Below, one piece after another: positions 10,822-20,827 of a stretch of 64,000 nt of DNA (positions are counted from its first letter, which is position 1; every line of letters starts with the position of its first letter). Source of the stretch: an uncultured bacterium (GTDB taxonomy: Bacteria > Actinomycetota > Thermoleophilia > Solirubrobacterales > 70-9). Location of the stretch: positions 410,286 to 474,285 of the forward strand of contig CAVUCV010000001.1 of the NCBI GenBank assembly GCA_963740125.1, given 5' to 3'. The notes under the pieces were generated by a model. That model worked only from the letters and a program-made list of their open reading frames with translations. It searched no databases and was not told the origin of the DNA. The translations under genes and the position numbers were made by a program.

Positions 10822-11696
10822 AGCGCTCTGAGCTCGACCCTGCCGTCGCGCTCGCGCGCTTCGAACGCGGGCTGCGGCCTGGTTGCGGGACCCTCCAGAA
10901 GGGAGCCGTCCTCCAAGGAGAAGCGCGAGCCGTGGCAGTTGCACACGACCTCGTTGCCCTCGACGCTGCCACGGTCGGCAAGCGAGCACCCGCGGTGGGA
11001 GCAGCGGTCGTGGATGGCGAGCAGCCGGTCTCCCCGCTTCAGGATCATGACCGGCGTATCCGCGACCGTCGCGCGGTGGGGCACCCCGTCGCTCAACGTT
11101 GAGGCGTCCGCGGCGTCGGTCCAGGCTTTCGGCCCCGGGTCGAAGATCGTGCGGTCCACTCCGATCCCCTGGGCGTAGGTGAGATGGCCGCCGAGGTAGC
11201 CGGCGAACCCGAGGGCTCCGGCGCCCAGCATGCCCAGCGCCGCGCCCTTGCCACGGCTTCCGCGCCGCCGCGCCGCAAGCGAGGCGGCGTAGAGGGCCAG
11301 CGCGGCCGAGTTGGAGACGGCGTGAGCGAAGCCGACGCGCCGAAGCGAATCGTTCCCCACCGAGCCGTCCGCCCAGTCGCTCGCACCCGTCAGCGCGGTC
11401 GGCGGGTAGGCCGCGATGCCGAGCGCGATCAGCCGCTCCGCGGCTTCGCCGGAGTCGTCGCCGCCGATCAAGTCGAGCGCCGTCGCGCTGATGAAGGATC
11501 CGATCACGACGTCGGTCAGCATGGGGTGGACGGCGTGGCCGAGCCGCGTTCCGCTGAGCGCGTCCTTCAGCGGTCCGGGGCCAAACACCTCCGAAAGCTT
11601 CCAAGAGAGCGCTTTGAGCGGCCCATCGAGCGCGTCGATCGATTCGAGGCGCTGGATGAGGCCCTCGAGCGGAGCGGGACTCCTTCGCCTGGCCAT
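10812..11696 (-). CDS. DUF2231-like membrane domain fused to a Rieske [2Fe-2S] domain, intact
   Basis: N-terminal TM helices (HPMLTDVVIGSFISATALD...). C-terminal Rieske ligand motifs CSHRGC and CNCHGS. Confidence 0.8.
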   Translation of the reverse strand: MARRRSPAPLEGLIQRLESIDALDGPLKALSWKLSEVFGPGPLKDALSGTRLGHAVHPMLTDVVIGSFISATALDLIGGDDSGEAAERLIALGIAAYPPTALTGASDWADGSVGNDSLRRVGFAHAVSNSAALALYAASLAARRRGSRGKGAALGMLGAGALGFAGYLGGHLTYAQGIGVDRTIFDPGPKAWTDAADASTLSDGVPHRATVADTPVMILKRGDRLLAIHDRCSHRGCSLADRGSVEGNEVVCNCHGSRFSLEDGSLLEGPATRPQPAFEARERDGRVELRALHS

Positions 11697-11732
11697 GTGC
11701 GATCCGTACCCCGGCTCGGGGCTCCCAATCGG

Positions 11733-12955
11733 CTAGAGCCGGACGGGCAGCGTGGTCAGCTGATTCGAGAACGGCGAGACGGCGTGGCGGGGGCGGCCCG
11801 TCAGCTCCATCCGGGGAAGCGCTCGAGCGTCTGCTCGAAGAGGATCTTGAGCTCCAGGCGGGCGAGCGCCGTGCCGAGGCAGAAGTGCCTTCCGCCGGCG
11901 CCGAACGCCTGATGCTCGGTGGTCCGGGTGATGTCGAAGCGGTCCGGATCCTCGAAGCGGTCCTCGTCCCGGTTCGACGAGACGTACCACATGACGACCT
12001 TCTCGCCTTCGCGGATCGGCTGCCCGGCGAGCTCGGTGTCCGTCGTCGCGGTGCGGCGGAAGTGCGCGAAGGCCGGGAACATCCGAAGTGACTCCTCGAC
12101 GAGCCCAGGGATCTTCGAAGGGTCGTCGAGAACGAGCTGGCGCTGGTCCGGGTTCTCGAGCAGCGCGCGCATGCCCGAGCAGTACGTCGCCTTGGTCGAG
12201 TCGTTGCCCGCAGCCATCAAGAGGAAGAAGCCCATCACGATCTCGTGCTCCTCGAGCCCCTGGCCGTCGTAGCTCGGCGTGAACGAGCACGCTCGTCAGG
12301 TCGTCGGTCGGGTTCGCGCGGCGCTCCTCGATCAGAAGGCGGCAGCGCTCGAAGATCTCGGGGACGTCGCGCTGCATGATCGCGTCGGGCCCGTCCGGGT
12401 TCACGTCGTCGTCACCCGCCGCGATCACCGCGTTCATGAGGCGGGCCCAGATCGCGTCGTCCTCCTCGGGGATGCCCATGAAGCTCCCGATCACGCGGGA
12501 GACGACGGGCTGCGCGACGGCATGCGACGAGATCGGCTTCGGCCGGCCTCGAGGCGGTCGAGGACGCGTTCGGCGATCGCGCGGATCTCGTCCTCGTGCT
12601 CGGCGATCCGCTTCGGGGTGAACCCGCGCTGAAAGAGCGACTTCAGACGGTCGTGCTTGGGCGGGTCCATCGCGATGAACATCCCCTGCTGGAGCTCGAG
12701 CGGCATGATCGAGTGAGTGAGCGCCGCGATCCCGCCGCGCTCGGACGAGTACGTCCTCCAGTCCTTGGAGACGGTGTGCACGTCGTCGGCCTTGGTGACC
12801 GACCAGTAGCCGTCTTCCTCGGGCCACTCGGTGATCTTGTCCGTCCAATGGATCGGGCACTCGGTCCGAAGGCGCTTGAAGAGCTCGTGCGGCGGGCCGT
12901 CCTCCCAGCTCGGCCACTCCGACATCCGCACGTCGTGGATCGGGCAGGAGAGCAT
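11733..12955 (-). pseudogene. Cytochrome P450 (CYP124/125-like lipid or sterol hydroxylase type); frame changes near 11810, 12270 and 12540
   Basis: MDPPKHDRLKSLFQRGFTP, I-helix LLMAAGNDSTK, ESLRMFP and heme loop FGAGGRHFCLGTALA, spread over three frames. Confidence 0.85.
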
Positions 12956-13117
12956 CGGGTCCTCGCGCCCCCGCCTGACCGTCCGCTCGAGCGTCCTGTC
13001 TGGCTTCCACCGCGCCGCGAAGTGTCTGCCGCACGCGTTATTGGCGCTCGCGGTGACAAGCCTGTCGCGGGTCGAGAAGGCTTCTCGTAGGCCCGCGCGA
13101 CCCCGCCCGTGCGGAAC

Positions 13118-14153
13118 TCATTGGTCGCGCGCAGTCCCGCTCGACGCCGGGTCGAGCGGAGGCGAGTCGAGGCCTGCTCCATCGCGCAGGCCATCGATGA
13201 GCTCGAGGAGGGTCGCCGTTGCGTTTTTGCGCGGCTCCCATCCAAGCTCGTCGCGCGCCTTCTGAGAGCTCATCAGCGGCACGCCGAGCGCCATGTCGAG
13301 CCAGCCTTCGGGCGTCGGTTGGAGGCGGGCACGCCAGGTCGCAGCCGCCAAGCCGCGAAGCACCCTTGCGGAGATCTTGACCGGGCGAGCGCCGAGCGCC
13401 TGGGCGAGCACCTGCGGGTCGAGGATCGGGATCCGCGGCCACGTTGTATGCGCCGCGCGCGTCCTGGTTCGTGGAGCGCCAGGCGGTAGGCCTCGGCGAC
13501 GTCGTCCGTGTGGACAGCCTGGAAGCGAAGCCCTGGGATGTCGGGGACCGCGACGAGTGCGCGGCGATCGAGAAGGCGATCCGCGGCACGAGCGGCCCCA
13601 GGAAGAGCCTGCGGATCTCGGTCGCCGCCTCGTGCTTGAAGATGAGCCCCGGCCGCAGCCGCACGACGCGGGTTCCCGGCTCGCCCCGCTCGAAGTCGTC
13701 GAGGTGCGACTCCACCTCGGCCTTGTGGCGCGAGTAGAACGAGGTCTCGATGCCGCCTCGGTCGGCCAGGATTCGTCGACCTCGCGGTCCTTCGGGCCCG
13801 GGGGAGTAGGCGCCGACGCTGGATGCGTAGACGAGGCGCGGAACCCGCGCCTTCGCGACGGCATCGAGAGACTCTCACGGCTCCCGTCGACGTTTGTTGC
13901 TCGCAGTGCGTGCATCGTCTCGAGAGGGCTGAATGGCCCAGGCCAGGTGGATCGCCGCGTCGGCGCTCCGTCAAGGATCGAGACCAGGTCCGAGCTCGTG
14001 ATGTCGGCCTGGACCCACTCGGTCTTCGGCCGGGTGAACTCGGGTAACCGGCGCGCGACGCCGACGATCCGGTCCGACCGCGGGATCCGCGGAAAGCGCC
14101 CGGACGACGCTGGTCCCGACGTTCCCGGTTGCTCCGAAGACAACGACCTTCAC
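13118..14153 (-). pseudogene. NAD-dependent epimerase/dehydratase (extended SDR); heavily frame-disrupted
   Basis: GTG at 14153. MKVVVFGATGNVG is a Rossmann GxxGxxG motif. Recognisable pieces in all three frames: AAIHLAW, RLVYASSVGAY, VVRLRPGLIF and the C-terminus LLELIDGLRDG. Confidence 0.65.
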
Positions 14154-14207
14154 TGCGCTTCGGCTACCCGAACGAGGGCGGCTACACGCCGCAGGGTCGC
14201 TCCGGGC

Positions 14208-16494
14208 CTATGCCGCCGCGGGCGCCCGCTCCGGCTCGAGCGCGAGCTCGAGGACCTCGCCGATCGTCATGACCGGGTGGAAGGTCATCTCCTCGCGCAC
14301 CTCCTCGGGCACGTCGTCCAGGTCGCCACGGTTCCGCTCGGGGATGATCACATCGGTCAGGCCGGCGGCGTGAGCCGCAAGGACCTTCTGCTTCAGCCCG
14401 CCGATGGGGAGGACCCGGCCCTGGAGCGTGACCTCGCCGGTCATGCCGACGGTGTGCTTGACCGGGCCGCCCGGTCAGGAGCGACGCAAGCGCGGTCGTC
14501 ATCGTGATGCCCGCGCTGGGGCCGTCCTTTGGGATCGCGCCCGCGGGGACGTGGATGTGGAACTCCCGCTTCTCGAACCCGTCGGGGTCGAGGCCGAGCT
14601 CCTCGGCGTGGCCGCGCACGTATGAGAGCGCGATCCGGGCGGATTCCTTCATCACGTCGCCGAGCTGGCCGGTCAGGACGAAGTCGTCCTTGCCGGGCAT
14701 CGACGTCGTCTCGATGAAGAGGACGTCGCCGCCGGCGCCGGTGACCGAGAGGCCGGTCGCGACGCCCGGCACCGCCGTGCGCTCCGCCGACTCCTGGAAG
14801 AAGCGCTGGCGCCCGAGCGCGTCGCGGACCGCTTCGATGTCGATCTTGACCTTCTCGTCGTCCTTGGCGGATGCGATCCGGGTTGCGGTCTTTCGCAGGA
14901 GCTTGCCGATCTCGCGCTCGAGGCCGCGCACGCCCGCCTCGCGGGTGTACTCGGTGACGATCTCGCGCAGGAGCTCGTCGGAGATCTCGACCTCCTCTTC
15001 GCGCAGGCCGTTCTTCTTCAGCTGCCTGGGCCACAGGTAGCCGCGGGCGATCTCGACCTTCTCGTCGGTCGTGTAGCCGTCGAAGCTCACGACCTCCATG
15101 CGGTCGAGGAGCGGCCCGGGGATGTCCTCGGCCATGTTCGCCGTCGCGATGAACAGGACCTGCGAGAGGTCGAGCTCCACGTCGAGGTAGTGGTCGCGGA
15201 ACGAGTGGTTCTGCGCCGGGTCCAGCACCTCCAGGAGGGCGGCCGAGGGGTCGCCGCGCCAGTCGGCGCCGACCTTGTCGACCTCGTCGAGGAGGATCAC
15301 GGGGTTCATCGTCTTCGCGTCGCGAAGCGCGCGGACCAGGCGGCCGGGCATCGCGCCGATGTAGGTGCGGCGGTGGCCGCGGATCTCGGCTTCGTCGCGC
15401 ACGCCGCCCAGCGACATGCGGACGAACTCGCGGCCCGTGGCCTTGGCGATCGACTCGCCGATCGAGGTCTTGCCGGTGCCGGGCGGTCCGATCAGGGTCA
15501 GGATCGCGCCGGCGCCCCGGCCCTCGTCCTCGATGCCGCGCTCCTCGCGGAGCTTGCGCACGGCGATGTACTCGGTGATCCGCTCCTTGACGTCCTCGAG
15601 GCCGGCGTGGTCGGCGTCGAGGACCTCGCGCGCGCCGACAGGGTCGAGCACCTCGTCGGAGGTCTCCGACCACGGCACGGAGACGAGCCAGTCGAGGTAG
15701 GTGCGGATCATCGACGACTCGCCGGAGCCCTCGCCGGCACGCTCGAGGCGCCCGAGCTCGCGCTCGGCCTGCTCGCGGGCCTCGTCCGGCATGCCCGACT
15801 CCTCGATCTTCGTGCGGTACTCCTCGACGACGGAGGCGTCGTCCTCGCCCAGCTCCTTGCGGATGGAGTCCATCTGCTTGCGCAGGAAGTACTCGCGCTG
15901 CTGGTTCTCGGCGCCCTCGGTCACGTCGTCGTGGATGCGCTTGCGGATCTGAAGCTCGGCCAGGCGGTCGCGCTGGATCTCGACCGCCATGCGCAGGCGC
16001 TCGGTCACGTCGATCGTCTCGAGGACGCGCACCTTCTCCTGGGTCGAGACGTCGGGCGAGTAGCCGACGGTGTCGGCGAGCGTGCCCGCGTCGTCGATCG
16101 AGCGGAGGAAGGCGCGGATGCGGTCGTCGGCGCCGCGGAGGTCCAGGATCTCCTCGACCACCGCGCGGTACTCGCGCTCGAGGACGCGGATGTCCTCGGA
16201 GGTCTCGTCCTCGGGATCGGGGTGGGGCGTGACCTCGACCATCAGGGTCCCGTCGGGATCGGTGACGGCGGTGCCGCCGACTCCGCGGTGGAGACCGACA
16301 AGGTTGAGAGCGCGCCCGCCGGGGATACGGGCGCGCTCGGCCACCTCGGCGATCGTGCCGACCGAGGCGAACTCTTCGTCATGGCGCGCGACGACGAAGA
16401 CCTTGCCCTCGGAGGGGCCGTCGGCGATGACCGTCGCGGTCATGCCGGGGAAGAGGACCGAGTCGTCGAGGGGGATGAGGGGAAGTCGTTCCAT
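14208..16494 (-). pseudogene. lon: ATP-dependent Lon protease; a single frame change near 14465, otherwise complete
   Basis: [11 protein letters not shown] (LON N-domain), Walker [17 protein letters not shown] and catalytic [10 protein letters not shown]. The C-terminus [24 protein letters not shown] is in the next frame. An extra G in cccGgtc explains the shift. Confidence 0.95.
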
Positions 16495-16531
16495 GGTAGG
16501 GCTCCGAGTTCTGAAAGTAGTTATGAACGCC

Positions 16532-16566
16532 AACGATTATAGAAAGTCATCGTTTGTCGTTAGACT
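16532..16566. promoter_or_regulatory. AT-rich lon/marR divergent control region: inverted repeat AACGAT-N11-ATCGTT plus a -10-like TAGACT 8 nt before the marR ATG
   Basis: AACGAT at 16532-16537 and ATCGTT at 16549-16554. TAGACT at 16561-16566. The marR ATG is at 16575 with no Shine-Dalgarno, which suggests a leaderless or near-leaderless transcript. Confidence 0.35.
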
Positions 16567-16574
16567 CATTCGTC

Positions 16575-17052
16575 ATGAGCGCCACCGAAGCCACCACACA
16601 AGCGACTTCCGCGGCCGGGACCGGCTGCGGGCTCCTGTTCGCCCGGATCGCCCGGATGTCGGGCCAAGGCCTGGGCCGCTCGCTGGACGAACTCGGGATG
16701 ACCGGCCACGAGTTCGCGATCCTGCACCGCCTCGAGCAGGGAGGCTCCGCCCACGGCCGCGAGCTCAGCCGCAACCTTCGCCTTCACCCGTCGAACCTCG
16801 TCGCGATGCTCGACCAGCTCGAGGTGGATGGGCTCATCGCCCGCCGGCGCGACCCGAGCGACAGGCGGCGCCAGCTGATCAAGCTCACGCCCGCCGGGAC
16901 CCGTCGTCTTCGCAGTGCCGAGGCCGCCGTCGCCGAGGCGGAGCGCGAGCTCTTGTCACCCCTCTCGGCGGAGGAGCGCGCGCGAGCTTTACGGGTACCT
17001 GGAGCGCATCGCCGACCACGGCTGCCGTCCCGGCGGCGGCTGGTGCTCCTAG
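16575..17052 (+). pseudogene. MarR family transcriptional regulator; frame change near 16985
   Basis: Winged-helix region HEFAILHRLEQGG..ELSRNLRLHPSNLVAMLDQLEVDGLIARRRDPSDRR. TAG at 17050-17052. Confidence 0.8.
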
Positions 17053-18597
17053 CGCGACGGCTCTGAAGGTCCAGCCGGCTCGCTCAGGACAGCCTCCTCG
17101 CCGACATGGCGGCCGGGCCGGAGCGGCGTCCCGGCGACGCCGCAGTTGCGATCGGTGGCGGCTCGGTCACAGGAGTGCTCGGCGTCGTCGTCCTCCAGCA
17201 CCTTGGAGTCGATCATGAGGAAGGCGAGAAGGCCTCCGGCAAGCGACAGGCACGCGGTGACCACCATCGCGATCTTGAAGCCGTCCGCCATCGCCTCCGA
17301 GTCGTAGAAGGCGTCGCCCGAGAGCCCCGCGATGAGCGGCAGGACGGCGACCGCGATCAGGCCGGCGACGCGGGCGACGGCGTTGTTGATCCCCGAGGCA
17401 ACGCCGGCGTGGCGGTCGTCGGCCGCGGCGAGGACGGTGGCCGTCACGGGGGCGACCACCAGCGCGAGCCCGGCGCCGTAGACCATCACGGCCGGGAAGA
17501 CCGTGGAGAGGTAGCTGTCGCCCGGGTCGATCCGGAGCATCAGGAGCATGCCGGCGGCGATGCCGATCGGCCCGATGGTGAGTGGCCACTTTGGCCCGAT
17601 CCTGGTCGCGAGCGCGCCCGCGCGCGATGAGAAGAGGAGCAGGATCACGGTCACGGGCAGCGCCGCCGAGCCCGCGGCAATCGCCGAGTAGCCCATGGTG
17701 ATCTGAAGGAAGGCGACCAGCAGGAAGAAGACCCCGCTGAGCGCCGCGTAGACGCAGAACGTCACGAGATTCGCCGCGGTGAACTGCTTCGACTCGAAGA
17801 TCGAGAGGGGCATCATCGGATTCGGGCTCCGCCGCTCCTGGACGATGAACGCGGCCAGGAGAAGCGCGCCCAGTCAGTGCCGTCACCGCCACGGTGGCGG
17901 CGCTGCGACCCTCGGATGCGCTGATCAGCGCGAACGTCGACGCGGCGAGCCCCGCTGCCGCGAGCAGCGCCCCCGGGATGTCGAGCCGGCCGGTTGCCGT
18001 CGGGTCGCGCGTCTCCGGCACATGCCGGTTCGACATGAAGACCACGAAGGCGCCAATCGGCAGGTTGATCAGGAAGATCCAGCGCCAGGACACCGCATCG
18101 ACGAGGTAGCCGCCGAGGAGCGGCCCGACCGCAGCGGCGACTCCGCTCAGCCCCGACCACGCACCGATCGCGCGGGCCCGGTCCTCGGGGTGGAACGTCG
18201 CCTCGATGATGGCGAGGCTTCCCGGCGTGAGGAGGGCGCCGCCGACGCCCTGAAGGACGCGCGCGGCGATCAGGACCTCGGAGCTGGGCGCCAGCGCGCA
18301 CAGGGCCGAGGCGAGCGTGAACCAGACGATCCCCACGTTGAAGATCAGCCGCCTGCCCATCCGGTCGCCGAGCGAGCCGCCGAGGAGGATGAACGCCGAG
18401 AGCGTCAGCAGGTAGCCGTTGAGGATCCACTGGAGGTCGCCCGTCGTCGCGCCCAGGTCACGCCCGATCTCGGGCACCGCGACGTTCACGACGGTGGCCT
18501 CGAGGAACGCGATCCCCGAGCCGAGGATCGTGACCGCCAGGACCCACCGCCCCTTCGGCGTCCCGAAGCGGACTAGCTCGCTGCTCCTTGCCTCCAC
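17049..18597 (-). pseudogene. MFS transporter, DHA2/EmrB-like drug:H+ antiporter; frame change near 17860
   Basis: GTG at 18597. Multiple TM helices and the MFS motif GGSLGDRMGRRL. The second half (MMPLSIFESKQFTAANLVTF...) is in another frame. About 14 TM segments in total. Confidence 0.85.
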
Positions 18598-18616
18598 GCT
18601 TCAGATAGTAAAGCGA

Positions 18617-18664
18617 GGGGTCAGACCCGGGGTCAGACCCCCTTGAGGAGGTTGAGGGTTGCGA
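18617..18664. repeat. Intergenic repeat, copy 1: tandem GGGGTCAGACCC units followed by CCTTGAGG-AGG-TTGAGGGTTGCGA
   Basis: GGGTCAGACCCCCTTGAGG and TTGAGGGTTGCGA are identical to the copy at 45868-45903. Confidence 0.8.
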
Positions 18665-18674
18665 GGCAGCGGCA

Positions 18675-18727
18675 GACCCTCATCCACCCTCCATGGGGTC
18701 AGACCCCCTTGAGGGTGGTCGAGGGTT
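18675..18727. repeat. Intergenic repeat, copy 2: imperfect ~25-bp-arm palindrome built on the same GGGGTCAGACCCCCTTGAGGG core; abuts the PBP stop codon
   Basis: The left arm ACCCTCATCCACCCTCCATGGGGTC pairs with the reverse complement of GACCCCCTTGAGGGTGGTCGAGGGT, with about 5 mismatches. Confidence 0.7.
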
Positions 18728-20642
18728 ATTCGATCGGGAGTGCCGTGAGGAAGTCCGCCGCGATGGGGGCGGCCACTTCTCCGCCCGAGGTGCCTTCCTC
18801 GACCAGGACGGCGACCGCGACGTCGTCGCGGGCGGCGATGAACCAGGCGTGCGTCTTGGGCGGGTCGGCGGTGCCGAACTCGGCCGTTCCGGACTTGCCG
18901 ATGGGCTCGCCCGGCACGAGTGCGAGCGCGGTGCCCGTTCCCGACGTGACCACGGAGCGCATGAGCGTTCGCAGCTCGTTCGCGTTCTGGGGCCCGAGCG
19001 GCTCACCCGTCTCCTCGGGATCGTCCGCCACGAGGCGCGGACTGTGCCACTCGCCGCTCTGGACCGTGGCCGCGACCCCCGCCATGGCCAGCGGGCTGAC
19101 CAGGATCCGCGCCTGGCCGATCATGGCCGCGGCCTCCTCGACCTCGTCCTTGCCGGGCGGGATGTCGCCGCCGAAAGCGTCGAGGTCGAGCTTGGGGTCG
19201 ATGCCGATCCCGAACTGCTCGCCCTTGTCGCGGAGGTCGAGGGGGCCGAGCTCGTCGGCGAGCGACACGAAGGCCGTGTTGCACGACTGCGCGAAGTCCG
19301 TGGAGAACGGCACGGCACCCGCGGCGGAGCCCTCGAAGTTCACGAAATCGCGACCGCCGACGTCGATCGACTCCGGGCAGTCGACGATCTCCGCTGTGTC
19401 CAGGCCCGTGTCCAGAAGCGCGGCGGTCGAGACGACCTTGAACGTCGAGCCGGGCGGGTACCGGCCGGTGAAGGCGATGTTCGCGCCGGTATCGGTCGGG
19501 CGGTTCGCGACCGCGAGGATGTCACCGGTCTTCGGTTCCAGCGCGACCAGCGCGGCAGCGCCCTTCACGTCGGCGAGCGCGTCCTCGGCCGCGCTCTGCA
19601 CCTCGGCGGAGAGCGTGGTCTCGAGCGCCTCTCCCGGCTCCCCCTCCTGAGTCTCGAGCGTCTCGACCGGCTCGCCCTCGGCGTTTCTCACCACGACCGA
19701 GCGCTCCGGCTCTCCCGCGAGCTGCTCGTCGAACGCGGCGGACAGGCCCGACTGGCCGACGACGTCGTCCGCGTCGAGCTCCCCGTCGGACTTCTTGACC
19801 TGCTCGGCGGTCGCCGGCCCGACCGTGCCCAGCACCGCACGGGCGAAGTCCCGGGTGGGCGCCAGCGGCGTCTCCCGCGGGGCGAGCTGGATGCCGGGGA
19901 CGGCGCGAAGCTCCGTCTCGACGGGGCTGAAGTCTTCCTGCCGCAAGGTGATCGCGGGGACGACGGCGTCCTCGTCCGCATTCTCGATTGCCTCGGTGAG
20001 CGTCTCGGGGTCGACGTCGGTGACCGCTGCGATCGCGTCCACGGTCGCCGCCACGTCCTCGACCTCCGAAGGCAAGACGCCGACGTCGATGACCGAGCCG
20101 AGCGAAACCAGCTCCTCTCCGTTGCGATCCAGGATGGGCGCACGGTCCTCGAATGCCTCGACGGTGCCCAGGCGCTGCCCGTCCTCGCGGAGCGCCGGAT
20201 GGATGGCCCGGCTGGACCAGTCCACGAGCCAGACATCGTCCGCAAGGGACAGGGTCAGGGTGTCGTTCGTGTACTCGAAGGCGCCGAACTCGGGAACGTC
20301 CCAGGTCATGCGGACCTTGGCCGTCGCCTCTGATCCGCTCTCGGTGACCTCTGTCACCTCCGCTTCGAGCGTCGCCCCGTCGAGGCCGTCGACGTTCGCC
20401 TGGATCATGTCGGCGACAAGCTCGGGATCACCGCTGGTGAACACCGCGGCTGTCTCCGGCTCTGCGTTCTCGAGGCCCCCGATGTAGCCGTCCAGGGCCG
20501 TCGCAGCGCTGGGGCCACCCAGCGAGCGCACGGCGATCACGACGATCAGCACAAGAATGCCGACGAGCGCGGCCACGGCCAGAGCCGCCCGATCGCTCAG
20601 GCCGGCTCGGTGCCAGGGGCGGGTGTGGCTATCTGGCGACAT
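18726..20642 (-). CDS. Class B penicillin-binding protein (transpeptidase) with an NTF2-like MecA_N-type N-terminal domain, intact
   Basis: 638 uninterrupted codons. TM anchor, then the SxxK (STFK), SxN (SCN) and KSG (KSGT) motifs. Confidence 0.9.
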   Translation of the reverse strand: MSPDSHTRPWHRAGLSDRAALAVAALVGILVLIVVIAVRSLGGPSAATALDGYIGGLENAEPETAAVFTSGDPELVADMIQANVDGLDGATLEAEVTEVTESGSEATAKVRMTWDVPEFGAFEYTNDTLTLSLADDVWLVDWSSRAIHPALREDGQRLGTVEAFEDRAPILDRNGEELVSLGSVIDVGVLPSEVEDVAATVDAIAAVTDVDPETLTEAIENADEDAVVPAITLRQEDFSPVETELRAVPGIQLAPRETPLAPTRDFARAVLGTVGPATAEQVKKSDGELDADDVVGQSGLSAAFDEQLAGEPERSVVVRNAEGEPVETLETQEGEPGEALETTLSAEVQSAAEDALADVKGAAALVALEPKTGDILAVANRPTDTGANIAFTGRYPPGSTFKVVSTAALLDTGLDTAEIVDCPESIDVGGRDFVNFEGSAAGAVPFSTDFAQSCNTAFVSLADELGPLDLRDKGEQFGIGIDPKLDLDAFGGDIPPGKDEVEEAAAMIGQARILVSPLAMAGVAATVQSGEWHSPRLVADDPEETGEPLGPQNANELRTLMRSVVTSGTGTALALVPGEPIGKSGTAEFGTADPPKTHAWFIAARDDVAVAVLVEEGTSGGEVAAPIAADFLTALPIE

Positions 20643-20827
20643 GGGCTTTCCGGATCCGGCCTTCGAATCCCCCTACACCACGAAGGATGACCAACTCGCC
20701 GGGCTGGGGCTCCCGTGTGGGCGGCAGATGGCGATTTCCAACCGGCGCACCGTGCTCCTAAAGGGTCTACTCTCGACCCGCGATGGAGGTACGTGGGGCA
20801 CGCCCCGACCCGGGGCCGGTGGCGAGG

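Noticed and set aside
20655-20683. tRNA-like T-loop string ggccTTCGAATCCccctacacca upstream of the PBP gene (possible tRNA or att remnant)
   Set aside because: The flanking bases cannot form a T-stem. The best 5' acceptor match leaves only about 59 nt, so no cloverleaf is possible. There is no integrase or second copy in the window.
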